Below, piece after piece: positions 8,822-17,748 of a DNA stretch of 64,000 nucleotides. Both the position numbers and the translations under genes were made by a program. The stretch is from an uncultured Chloroflexia bacterium (GTDB lineage Bacteria > Chloroflexota > Limnocylindria > Limnocylindrales > CSP1-4). Numbering within the stretch: the first letter of the stretch is position 1; every line of letters begins with the position of its first letter. The DNA lies in assembly GCA_963752475.1 (NCBI GenBank), contig CAVVYR010000007.1, positions 32,001 to 96,000 on the forward strand. The letters run 5' to 3'. The notes under the pieces were generated by a model. That model saw only the letters and a program-made list of their open reading frames with translations, had not been told where the DNA came from and did not search any database.

Positions 8822-10282
8822 GTGATACCCGTTACCCGAACGCAGGTCCTCCTGCGCCCTGATGCCCGGCGGGTCGTCATCAAGCCCTTCATGCCCGGCG
8901 CCCACATTCCGTCGAATGGCCATAAGCGAGCCCGCCAGGTCATCGATCGGATCCTTGGCCTCTCAGGGGCTGAGGTGGCCTCCACGCTCACGTCTACGCT
9001 CACCCAGTTCGCCGCACGGCACCCCGACCTCCCTGGAGCACTACTGCGCAACTACGAGGCCGTAGCTGGACTCATCGAGGACGCTGATCGCCTCACCCAG
9101 GATCAGCGGGTGCTCATCGGTGCCTACTTCACGCACGAGTACGCGATCGAAGCCGCGGCGCTCTCGAACCCGTCCATCGTCCGGGCTCCCGACCAGACCG
9201 GCCTCGATGCCGGGGAGCAGCGCTTCGTCCTGAGCTTGCGGGCGATCGGGGAGGGGCACCTGTCCTCGATCGAGTTCCGCTCAGGCGTCATCGACACGAG
9301 CGGCTACATCACCCTCGAGCAGCCAAGCCGCTTCACGACGATCGGAGAGCGCCGCGAGCCGCTCTATCACCGCGATACCTTTGGCGCGAAACTCCGAGAG
9401 CTTGGGGTGCACAACGAGATCGCCGGCCTGGTGCTCGACCCCCTGCCGGCTCAATTCACGATCGTCCAGCTCGAAGCCGCCATCGCGGACCTGGACGAGC
9501 ATGGCGTGGACCGGGTCGTGGCATATGAGACCACGAGGATCATCCACTGGGTCGCTGCGTCGAACTACACCATCGAGTTTGCGGCCGAGTCGCAGATCTC
9601 CGAGCGGGTCATCTTCCCTTCCGGCCCGGCCGAGAGCCAGGGCATGGAAGACGCTCGTTTCGTTCGCTTCAGCCGCGACGATGGCACCGTCGTCTACTAC
9701 GCCATCTACACCGCCTTCGACGGCTTCGAGATCCTGCCGCAACTCATCGAGACGGCCGACTTCCGCATGTTCAAGGTCGCCACGCTCAATGGCGATGCCG
9801 CTCGCAACAAGGGCATGGCCCTGTTCCCGAGGATGATCGACGGGCGCTATGCCGCGCTCTCACGACAGGACAACGAGAGCAACTTCCTGATGCTCTCCGA
9901 CGATGTCCGATTCTGGCATGAGCCGATCCGGATCCAGCAGCCCGAGCAGCCCTGGGAGCTGATGCAGCTCGGCAATTGCGGTTCGCCGCTGGAGACCGAG
10001 GCAGGCTGGCTCGTGGTCACCCACGGGGTCGGTCCGATGCGCCGCTACGCGCTGGGGGCGATCCTCCTCGACCTTGACGATCCGCGGCAGGTCATCGGTC
10101 ATCTCGAAGAGCCGCTGCTGGCGCCGAACGAGGCGGAACGCGACGGGTACGTGCCCAACGTCGTCTACTCGTGCGGCAGCCTGATCCATGGCGACGACCT
10201 CGTGATCCCGTACGGCTTCTCCGACCTCGGAAGTGGCATCGCGGCCATCCCGCTCGCGGATATCCTCGAGCGGCTTACCTGA
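8822..10282 (+). CDS. Glycoside hydrolase family 130 protein (long form)
   Basis: YFTHEYAIEAAALSNPS, SLRAIGEGHLSSIEFR, GMEDARFV, NKGMALFPR, GNCGSPLET, THGVGPMR, REGYVPNVVY-like RDGYVPNVVYSCG. Confidence 0.92.
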   Translation: MIPVTRTQVLLRPDARRVVIKPFMPGAHIPSNGHKRARQVIDRILGLSGAEVASTLTSTLTQFAARHPDLPGALLRNYEAVAGLIEDADRLTQDQRVLIGAYFTHEYAIEAAALSNPSIVRAPDQTGLDAGEQRFVLSLRAIGEGHLSSIEFRSGVIDTSGYITLEQPSRFTTIGERREPLYHRDTFGAKLRELGVHNEIAGLVLDPLPAQFTIVQLEAAIADLDEHGVDRVVAYETTRIIHWVAASNYTIEFAAESQISERVIFPSGPAESQGMEDARFVRFSRDDGTVVYYAIYTAFDGFEILPQLIETADFRMFKVATLNGDAARNKGMALFPRMIDGRYAALSRQDNESNFLMLSDDVRFWHEPIRIQQPEQPWELMQLGNCGSPLETEAGWLVVTHGVGPMRRYALGAILLDLDDPRQVIGHLEEPLLAPNEAERDGYVPNVVYSCGSLIHGDDLVIPYGFSDLGSGIAAIPLADILERLT

Positions 10283-11354
10283 CCGCCCGGCTTCCGGCCA
10301 GCCGGTGCTGGGCGATGACCTGCCGATAGACGTCGAGATAGGCATCGACCATCCGGTCAAGGTCGAAGCGCTGCTCAACCGAGGCGCGCACCGCTCGCCG
10401 ATCGATGTCGGCGCAGGAGTGGACGGCGGCTACGGCTTCATCGAGGCCACGCACCAAGTACCCGCCTTCTCCATGGCGCACGATCTCCGGCATCGATCCC
10501 CGGGCATTGGCGATAACGGGGGTGCCGCAGGCCATGGCCTCGACCACGCTGTAACCGAAGGGCTCCTCGAAGTCGATGAGGTGCAGCAGTGCCCGTGCCC
10601 CCGCGAGCAGGTCGGCGCGAGCCTCGGGCCCGATGGGACCGATGTATCTGACCCGCTCTCCGTCGAGCCGCGGCTCAACCAGGCGCTCGAAGTACTCGTG
10701 GTCTTGGATGATGCCCGCGATGATCAGCGGCAGCCCAGTCCGCTCGGCGACGTCGATGGCGGTAGCGGTGCCCTTGTCGGGGTGGATCCGGCCGAAGAAC
10801 AGCAGATACGTGCCCGCCGCCGAACGCGCCTCGAATGCGGCCAAGTCGATGCCGTGGTGGATGGTGGCGACGTAGTGAAGCCGCGCATGTCGGTCCGCCT
10901 CGCTGATCGCAACGTAGTGGCCCCGCTCGTCGTACTTCTCATAGACGGCCACGATGCGTTCCGATGAGAAGCCGTGGATGGTCGTGACGACCGGCGTCTC
11001 CACCAGTCCGCTGTAGGTGAGTGGCAGGAAGTCGAAGCTGTTGTGGATCAGGTCGAACTCGCCGGCGCGCTCGAAGAGCGCAGCGATGTGCAGGCTCTCC
11101 GCGACCTTGGGGTCGAGCGAGGGATCCTCGGAGTACCCACGCGGGACGCAGGCACTGAGTCGAGCACTCGTGATCGAGTCGGCCGTGGCGAACAGAGTGA
11201 CATCCACGCCGCGGCTGACGAGACCCTCTGTCAAGAGCGACACGAATTGCTCCCAGGGACCGTAGTGACGTGGCGGTACCCGCCACGAGATGGGGGCGAG
11301 CATGGCGACCCGGAGGGGGCTATCCACGGTTGCCTGCGTGTCTGATCGAGGCAC
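10275..11354 (-). CDS. Glycosyltransferase family 4 protein
   Basis: APISWRVPPRHYGPWE, FFGRIHPDKG, EEPFGYSVVEAMACGTPVI. Confidence 0.93.
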   Translation of the reverse strand: MPRSDTQATVDSPLRVAMLAPISWRVPPRHYGPWEQFVSLLTEGLVSRGVDVTLFATADSITSARLSACVPRGYSEDPSLDPKVAESLHIAALFERAGEFDLIHNSFDFLPLTYSGLVETPVVTTIHGFSSERIVAVYEKYDERGHYVAISEADRHARLHYVATIHHGIDLAAFEARSAAGTYLLFFGRIHPDKGTATAIDVAERTGLPLIIAGIIQDHEYFERLVEPRLDGERVRYIGPIGPEARADLLAGARALLHLIDFEEPFGYSVVEAMACGTPVIANARGSMPEIVRHGEGGYLVRGLDEAVAAVHSCADIDRRAVRASVEQRFDLDRMVDAYLDVYRQVIAQHRLAGSRAVR

Positions 11355-11407
11355 GTCGCGGCGACCTCATCGCGGCGTCGATCGTGCCCCCTCGCGGCCG
11401 GCCGCCA

Positions 11408-12508
11408 TCAGGCCACGGCTCCGAAGGCCTCACGCGATCTCGGGGTCGAATGCGCGCTTCGAGCCCGCAGGTCGCGGGTGTGCTCAAGAGCGATGAGCCA
11501 CATCAGCGTGGATTCGGCTCCCTGGTTGCGGCTGACGCCAGCCGGACCGATGCCGTCAGCACCGGCGCCCGATGTCGGATCGGCGACGGGTGCGTGGGCA
11601 TCGTTGCGACCCAGGAACCAGCCATAGGCGGACTCCACGGCATCGCGGTAGCGTGGGTCGGCGGTCTCCTCGAACGCGGTCTCGGCCGCGAGGAGCATCG
11701 TCGTCGTGGAGATCGGTTGCTGGTCGTAGCGAGCCACCCATCCACCTCGCGGCCACCAGCCCGCGTTGCCCACGGTCCGCAGATCCCCGTGCGCGCCCAT
11801 CTGCGCATCGATGAGCCAGTCAAGGACGTGCAATCCGGCCTGGACCATACGTGGGCGCCTCAGCCGGCGACCGGCGACGATCAGGGCCTGCGGCAGTAGC
11901 TCGTTCTCGTACGTGACCAACGCCTCCGGCCAGGGCCAGTCGGTGTCGGATTCGCAGCGGGCAAAGGACTTCCACAGGTCGTTCGCCACCCGCTGGTAGA
12001 CGTCGGCCATCACATCGGACCCTCTTGTGCGGGCCACCGCTTCGCAGGCCAGGATCACCGTCGCCTGTGGCCGCAGCGAGCTGACGCGGCTCGCGGTCGA
12101 GAACGAGCGCTCGAACAATGCCGAGGCGTCGTCGCGCACGGTGCCAGCAGGGGCCGACGCGATGACCTCGGCAAGCGCCTGCAAGGCCCGCGCGTTGGCA
12201 TCCTCCGATCCGGGAAGGTCCAGCCAGGCACCATCCCATCGCCGGAGGTTGCGGAAACGGCCGGTCGAGCTCTCGAATGCTTGGGCCAGGAATCTCACGT
12301 TCCGCTCGGCGCTCGCGACGACAGCTGACCAGCCGAGCTGGCGGTGGTGCAACAGATCGACCATCAGGGCCCGTGCCACGTCATCGGTGCAGTAGCCGTG
12401 GCTCGGGTCCGGCTGGGCACCGTGCGCGTGCTGCATGATCCCGATCTCGGTGGTCAGGATGTCGAGATGATGACGACTGACCGGGAACAGCGGGAAGAGT
12501 TCAGGCAC
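11408..12508 (-). CDS. GT4-associated alpha/alpha-barrel (six-hairpin glycosidase-like) protein
   Basis: GIMQHA..AQPD.SHGYCTDDVARAL, WPWPE..VTYEN, YDQQPI, WFLGRND, NQGAESTL; GTG start overlaps upstream stop (GTGCCTGA). Confidence 0.85.
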   Translation of the reverse strand: MPELFPLFPVSRHHLDILTTEIGIMQHAHGAQPDPSHGYCTDDVARALMVDLLHHRQLGWSAVVASAERNVRFLAQAFESSTGRFRNLRRWDGAWLDLPGSEDANARALQALAEVIASAPAGTVRDDASALFERSFSTASRVSSLRPQATVILACEAVARTRGSDVMADVYQRVANDLWKSFARCESDTDWPWPEALVTYENELLPQALIVAGRRLRRPRMVQAGLHVLDWLIDAQMGAHGDLRTVGNAGWWPRGGWVARYDQQPISTTTMLLAAETAFEETADPRYRDAVESAYGWFLGRNDAHAPVADPTSGAGADGIGPAGVSRNQGAESTLMWLIALEHTRDLRARSAHSTPRSREAFGAVA

Positions 12509-13760
12509 CCTGCACAGCCGGCGCTGGGAGGCCCAGGACGGCCATATTGCTCGGTGCCACCTGCGGTCGTCTGAAGAGTCGCTCGTAGTCCGCTGCGACT
12601 CGGGACCAGAGCATGCTCCGTCCGTGAAGGTAGGCACGCTGCGCCATCGCGGCACGGAGGCCGTGGTCCTGGAGCAACTCGATGAGTGCGTCGGCCATGG
12701 CACCCGGGTCGCCCGGCGGTACCAGTCGGCCGCGTCCATCCGCGAGGATCTCGGAGGCGTAGAGATAGGGGGTGGATACCGTCGCCTTGCCGGCGGCCAT
12801 CGCGTAGGAGAGCGTCCCCGAGACGATCTGGTCGAGGTTCGGATACGGCGTCACGAACACGTCTGCCGCTTCCAGCCATCGACTCAGCTCGTGCTGACTC
12901 ACGAAGCGATCGACGAAGACGACGTGCTTGCTCATGCCCAGGTCGGCCGCCAGGGTCTCGAGCAGGGTCCGGTAGCGCTCGCCTTCGGTCCGCTGGAGCT
13001 CAGGATGCGTGGCTCCAAGGATGACGTAGCGGGCGTTTGGCACCGCACGCACCACATCGGGCATGGTTTCGATGACCGACTCATAGCCCTTGCTCGGCCC
13101 GACCAGCCCGAAGCTGAGAAGGAGCTGGCGGCCGCCCATGCCAAGTCCCGCCTTCACGCTGTCGGGGTCGACGAAGGGCAGATCAGGCACACCATGGGGG
13201 ATGATCTCCACGCGGCTCGGATCGGCGGCGTAGCGGTCGACCAGGATCCTGGCTGCGGCCGACGACATCACGACCGTAGCTGCGGTGGCATCAAGGATGC
13301 CCCGCATCACTCGACGCTGCCCGACGGTCGGGTGGCGCAGCACTGTGTGCAGTGTCGCTACCGCCGGCATGGAGAGCGCGGCCAGGAAGTCGAGGACGCC
13401 CTCGCCGTCGTTCCTGCCCCAGATGCCGTACTCGTGCTGCACGGAGACCGCGCTGACGCCGCACTCGCCGAGTGAACGGGCGGCACGGGCATAGTCGGCA
13501 CGAACATCGGTCCGGATGACGTGATGGACCGGGTGGGTCATCGCCAACGTGGGACCAGGGCTGTTGAGGGCCACGATCTCACCCTCCCCGAGAGCCCGCT
13601 CGAGGTCAGCTGTGAACGTGGCGATGCCGCAGCGTCGTGGTGGATAGGTGGAGACAAGCGCGATAGGTGCCACCGAGGCCCTGCTAGCGTCCCGCGCGCC
13701 GCGCGGGGTCGGGGCCGACGACAGATCGATGCTTCGACTTCCGACCTGTCGTGAAACCAT
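12501..13760 (-). CDS. Glycosyltransferase family 4 protein (start uncertain)
   Basis: STYPPRRCGIATFT, QHEYGIWG, IPHGVPD, FGLVGPSKGYE, TPYPNLDQIVSGTLSYA. Confidence 0.93.
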   Translation of the reverse strand: MVSRQVGSRSIDLSSAPTPRGARDASRASVAPIALVSTYPPRRCGIATFTADLERALGEGEIVALNSPGPTLAMTHPVHHVIRTDVRADYARAARSLGECGVSAVSVQHEYGIWGRNDGEGVLDFLAALSMPAVATLHTVLRHPTVGQRRVMRGILDATAATVVMSSAAARILVDRYAADPSRVEIIPHGVPDLPFVDPDSVKAGLGMGGRQLLLSFGLVGPSKGYESVIETMPDVVRAVPNARYVILGATHPELQRTEGERYRTLLETLAADLGMSKHVVFVDRFVSQHELSRWLEAADVFVTPYPNLDQIVSGTLSYAMAAGKATVSTPYLYASEILADGRGRLVPPGDPGAMADALIELLQDHGLRAAMAQRAYLHGRSMLWSRVAADYERLFRRPQVAPSNMAVLGLPAPAVQGA

Positions 13761-14158
13761 GTTGCACCTTGGTCAAGCAGACGGCGATCGACCACGGCCA
13801 AGCAGAACGGCGCGTCGTGCGCTTCGGGTCGTCAGCGACCCGGCGAAGCTCGGCCTCCTCTGCGATTTCAACGATGCGCGCGATCACAGGCTTTGTCAAT
13901 CGCTCCAGAAGCCTCATCTCGCGGGCCGCCACCCACCCTGAGCGTGAAATGGCCCCTTCGGGCGCACTGGAGTGGTCTCTCTCGTCCCGTCGCATGTACC
14001 GAGTTGGTCGCCGTTGGGTACGGTCCACAGCCCGATGCCGTCGTTGGCGAGTCCGACCACGATGCCGGCCGCTCGCGAGCCGCGGCCAACTACGCGGCCA
14101 TACCGCGGAGGGGCCCATTCCGAGGCTGTCTTCTGTGCCAGCGATGTTGCGACCCCAC

Positions 14159-15406
14159 TCACGTATCGGACTCCTGGTGGACGACCTCTGGGCCCGCAGC
14201 GAGGCGGTCTCCACAGACGACGTAGAGTGCCCCACGACCACTGACGATCCACGCCAAGCCATCCGGACCGACGCGGAGGTCAAGGGCGCCCCGTCCGGAA
14301 TCGGGGATCTTGACACGGTAGAAGTCGGCGCCGTCGTAGACGTGCAGGCCGATGCCATAGACCGAGAACCAGACCCGGCCATCAGGGTCGACCGTGATGA
14401 TGTTCGGCGCAGTGGGATCCCAACCGGTCCAGACGTCAAGCCTCCCTTGCGGCATCCCTTGTTCCGGGCCGATGGCCGACCATGTGCCCTCGTCGTACCG
14501 CAGGAGCACGTACTCACCTGGCCGGTTGTCGTGAAGCCTGCGATCCGCGATCGCCCAGAGCGATCCATCCGGGCCGACCGAGAGTCCGAGCACCCTGGGT
14601 ACCTCGGCGGTTCCGATCTCGTCGCCACTCCAGCCTGCTTCGTCGTACGTGGCGATACCGCCGGGGCGGTATCCACGATCGATGCCCAGCCATACTCGCC
14701 CGTCGGTCGTGCGCGCGAAGTCGTAGTGACCCGCACCGCCGGCGAGGGGCTCCTCGAGACCGACCGACTCGGAGGACACCCAGGCTTCCCCCTCCAGCTT
14801 GACGATTTCACTCGTTCGATCCCGGGAACGTGTGACACGCCACACGGAACCATCGTCCAGCGTTCCTACCGAGTGCCCGGCGCTGCGCATGCCACCCGAA
14901 CGATCGACCCAACGTCCATCCTCGGCCACCACGGTCGAGCCGCCATCCTCCACGGCCCAGAGCTCGCCCCATGGCGCGAGATGGAGGAAGCGGACGAACG
15001 AACGCCAGCCGTCGGTCCTCGGCACGATCGCGCCCGGCTCGCCAAGCTCGATGACTCGACGTCCCTGCGCGACCACGATGGTCCCGTCGCTGCCGACCTC
15101 GACCTCGCGGATCCGACCACCATCGAATCGGTGGCCGGCCTGATCGGCGATCACCTGCAGGACGCCAGGCCCGACGGCCTTGGTCACCAGCCCCTCCTGC
15201 ACCTCACATATCGGTGATGGGCTAGTGGCCGATGCGCCGGGGTCGATGCCGGCGACATCGGCCGGGGCAGCCAGCAGAGCGATGACCACCAGCGCGCTGC
15301 CCGTGAGGAGAGCGCGGCGTGGTGAGGCGGCGCGCGGTAGTCGTGATGCGAGACCGTGCCCAGGCAAAGGGAGAACAACGCGCACATCCGGTCGATGCGA
15401 CGTCAT
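14159..15406 (-). CDS. Exported beta-propeller-repeat protein (two-component-regulator-propeller-like repeats)
   Basis: Hydrophobic segment LLTGSALVVIALLAAPA; repeated [VI]..DG.[VL]W blades (GPDGSLWA, DPDGRVWF, GPDGLAWI). Confidence 0.75.
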   Translation of the reverse strand: MTSHRPDVRVVLPLPGHGLASRLPRAASPRRALLTGSALVVIALLAAPADVAGIDPGASATSPSPICEVQEGLVTKAVGPGVLQVIADQAGHRFDGGRIREVEVGSDGTIVVAQGRRVIELGEPGAIVPRTDGWRSFVRFLHLAPWGELWAVEDGGSTVVAEDGRWVDRSGGMRSAGHSVGTLDDGSVWRVTRSRDRTSEIVKLEGEAWVSSESVGLEEPLAGGAGHYDFARTTDGRVWLGIDRGYRPGGIATYDEAGWSGDEIGTAEVPRVLGLSVGPDGSLWAIADRRLHDNRPGEYVLLRYDEGTWSAIGPEQGMPQGRLDVWTGWDPTAPNIITVDPDGRVWFSVYGIGLHVYDGADFYRVKIPDSGRGALDLRVGPDGLAWIVSGRGALYVVCGDRLAAGPEVVHQESDT

Positions 15407-15433
15407 CGGCGTGAGACCTCGAGGCCAGGGCCG

Positions 15434-15487
15434 CGCTCAAGGCCCCACTGGTCGGAATGCGCACCGCTGGATCCAGAGGTAAATGTA
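15434..15487 (-). promoter_or_regulatory. Conserved promoter/leader motif copy A
   Basis: Minus strand TACATT-N16-GGTGCGCATTCCGACCAGTGGGGCCTTGAGCG, then GAGGT SD and ATG 15406. Confidence 0.8.
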
Positions 15488-15565
15488 GTCCCTGGTATCC
15501 GCGCATGCGGTCAACGAACCGTGGATGGCCGGTGTCGTTTCCGATATCTCCAGCGCCGCAGCGCG

Positions 15566-15754
15566 TCAGAAGCCCGGCGGTGACTCGATCACGAGCCACG
15601 CGAGCAAGGCCACGACGGCCGCCATCGCGATGGCCGCGATGAGCGCCGCGCGTCCGTTGCTGCCGGAATCATCATCGTGGTCGGGCTCGGGTTGGACTTC
15701 CCAGCGTGGGTCGTCCTCGAACTGGTCTAGCCGATGGTCAGTGCGCATGGTCAT
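15566..15754 (-). CDS. Small single-TM membrane protein, last gene of the PASTA operon
   Basis: Acidic N-terminus, TM AALIAAIAMAAVVALLAWLVI; ATGA overlap with upstream stop. Confidence 0.7.
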   Translation of the reverse strand: MTMRTDHRLDQFEDDPRWEVQPEPDHDDDSGSNGRAALIAAIAMAAVVALLAWLVIESPPGF

Positions 15755-16179
15755 CTGCCTCGCTTCTTCAAGATGCTCCTCGCTGGTGCGCCGAGCGGTC
15801 GCAGTCGGACGACGTGTGGCGAGAGCGCGCGTCTGCGAGCACCTCCTGATCGCTCATCCGCGTCATCCCTGGCGAGACGCACGGCTTGAGCGTCGGGGGC
15901 CTCCGTCGGCGCCGACGAGCGAGATGGTGCTTCCGCCACGAGAACGTGGATCCGCCAGAGCTGCTTCAGGTGTGTCCCGGGGGAAGGCGATTGCGCGACG
16001 ATGACGCCCCAGGGTTCACGAGTGCGGACGACGCGCGTCGCGTTGACGCTGGTGCCGGCCCATGCCGCCGCCGCGAGCGCGTCGGCGAGGCCAAGCCCGA
16101 TCAGGTCAGGGACGACCGTCGTCGTGGCCGGCGCCGGTGCGGCTGGAGCCCTGCTCGTGTCGTGCGCGAGCTCAGTCAC
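15751..16179 (-). CDS. PASTA-domain protein (one domain, no signal peptide or TM)
   Basis: VVPDLIGLGLADA...GVIVAQSPSPGT.L.....IHVLV; GTG start overlaps upstream TGA. Confidence 0.75.
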   Translation of the reverse strand: MTELAHDTSRAPAAPAPATTTVVPDLIGLGLADALAAAAWAGTSVNATRVVRTREPWGVIVAQSPSPGTHLKQLWRIHVLVAEAPSRSSAPTEAPDAQAVRLARDDADERSGGARRRALSPHVVRLRPLGAPARSILKKRGR

Positions 16180-16730
16180 TTGCCGATCGATCTGACGCGG
16201 TCGATCGACGACGGGTTCTTCTCTGCGAGTCGCGCCAGGGTCAGCGCCACGACCGACCCGTCCGTGAGCAGCGTGCCTGCAGACGGGTGAGTCGACACGA
16301 TGTGGCCAGCCGGCACGCTCCTCGACGCACGCCGCCCCTTGACCAGCGGCACGAAGCCCAGCCAACACAGCAGCTCGAGCGCGGCTTCGAGCGGCAGCCC
16401 CCGGACGTCCGGGACCGGTGCGAGCGGCCGACCGGAGACGATGACGCGGATCCTCCCGCCTCGCCGTACACGCGTGCCGGCTTCAGGTCGCTGGTCGACC
16501 ACCAAGCCCCATGGCCCGATCGTGGTCTCCCACACCGAGACGGACAGCCGAACGCCAGCCATCCTGGCCGCGGCGTGTGCTTCGAGTGCTGGAAGGCCAA
16601 CGAGATCCGGAGCGAGGCACGGCACACGTCCCGGCGAGTCGGTCTGACGGGCGGGGAGCTCCAGCGCGGGACCGGGGGAGAGTCCCTCGTCCGCCGGGCC
16701 CGGGATGAAGATGCGGTCGCCGGTGATCAC
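16176..16730 (-). CDS. PASTA-domain protein (two domains, no signal peptide or TM)
   Basis: APDLVGL...VVDQRPEAGTRV..GGRIRVIVS and VPDVRGLPLEAA...SVPAGHIVSTHPSAGT.L..GS.VALT. Confidence 0.85.
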   Translation of the reverse strand: MITGDRIFIPGPADEGLSPGPALELPARQTDSPGRVPCLAPDLVGLPALEAHAAARMAGVRLSVSVWETTIGPWGLVVDQRPEAGTRVRRGGRIRVIVSGRPLAPVPDVRGLPLEAALELLCWLGFVPLVKGRRASRSVPAGHIVSTHPSAGTLLTDGSVVALTLARLAEKNPSSIDRVRSIGK

Positions 16731-17008
16731 GGGTGCCGTGGGCGACCGGATCGCCGCAAGGCCGCATCGAGTGCTCTTCGCATCCGTGTTCGATCCGATG
16801 GGGATCGCCCGTAGACGGCGGGGACGTCGACAGGCGATGTGGTCGCCGCGCTGGTGAGACCCGGGACGGGGACCTCTCCAGCCCGGCGTCGCTCAGCCGC
16901 CGCCCTCGCCTCCAGGCGTCGCACGGCACGAGATCGCGTCGCAGACGCATCGCGACCTCCCTCGACCGGTGCCTGCGGGCTGCTGGGTGGAAGTTGGCCG
17001 CCGCTCAC
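16727..17008 (-). CDS. Hypothetical Arg/Ala/Pro-rich protein within the PASTA operon
   Basis: Exactly fills the gap with 4-bp GTGA overlaps at both ends; no recognisable domain. Confidence 0.5.
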   Translation of the reverse strand: MSGGQLPPSSPQAPVEGGRDASATRSRAVRRLEARAAAERRRAGEVPVPGLTSAATTSPVDVPAVYGRSPSDRTRMRRALDAALRRSGRPRHP

Positions 17009-17445
17009 GCCAGTGTCTCCATGGGTCGGCCAGAGCGGAAGAGCGTATCGACGACATCGTGGTCGACATAGGCACCGGGCTTCGTGCGCTTGCGTGGCTC
17101 GCCCGGAAGCACCTCATAGTCGATGCGAGATCCGGCCGAGACCAACGACCCGACTCGAGGGTTCGTCCGGATGACGACCTCGGAGCGACCAGACACCGGT
17201 CGCGGTGCCGGGTCGCGGCGACCTGGCACGAGTCCCGCAGCAACGAAGTCCGCACGGGCCTCACTCTCGGTGCTCAGCACCACGTCGGGGACGCGGACGT
17301 GCGAGCGGGCGGCGACGCCGCGCGTGACCGTGTCGTCGTCGGCGTTCACTCCACCAGCTGAACCGAGGCTCGCATCGCCTGTCATGGGGATGGGTTCGGC
17401 GGGTGCGCCGAACAAGACAGACACATCAACCCGATGCGTCGCCAT
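17005..17445 (-). CDS. PASTA-domain protein (one domain)
   Basis: VRVPDVV..TESEARA...AGL...VVIRTNPRVGSLVSAGSRIDYEV. Confidence 0.75.
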   Translation of the reverse strand: MATHRVDVSVLFGAPAEPIPMTGDASLGSAGGVNADDDTVTRGVAARSHVRVPDVVLSTESEARADFVAAGLVPGRRDPAPRPVSGRSEVVIRTNPRVGSLVSAGSRIDYEVLPGEPRKRTKPGAYVDHDVVDTLFRSGRPMETLA

Positions 17446-17472
17446 CAGCCGGAACCTCGAACATCGTGGTGT

Positions 17473-17526
17473 CGCTCAAGGCCCCAGGTGGTCGGAGTGC
17501 GCACCGCGTCTTCGCGCCGGAATGTA
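17473..17526 (-). promoter_or_regulatory. Conserved promoter/leader motif copy B
   Basis: Minus strand TACATT-N15-GGTGCGCACTCCGACCACCTGGGGCCTTGAGCG, then GAGGT SD and ATG 17445. Confidence 0.8.
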
Positions 17527-17646
17527 CACCCGGCGGTGGCCCGCGGATGCGTAACGATGCGTGTCGACTCGATTGCGGAACCTTAACCAACCGAGGACCC
17601 GCCGGCTCGTCGTCTCCTGAGGTCCCCGTGGGTTCCGATTTGGGTA

Positions 17647-17722
17647 TTGCGTTCCTCTGTCGAAGGTCGTACATTCCCGCGCACGATCGTGGTGCGCAGT
17701 CCGACCGCAGTGGCCTTGAGCG
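17647..17722 (+). promoter_or_regulatory. Sigma70-like promoter plus conserved leader motif copy C
   Basis: TTGCGT-N17-TACATT-N15-GGTGCGCAGTCCGACCGCAGTGGCCTTGAGCG, then GAGGT SD and ATG 17749. Confidence 0.8.
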
Positions 17723-17748
17723 CCACCACGACGATGAGGTCACGGCCG

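Noticed and set aside
13751-15217. 488-aa plus-strand ORF and overlapping 389-aa minus ORF
   Set aside because: Shadow frames of the beta-propeller gene 14159-15406; Arg/Pro-rich with no domain pattern.
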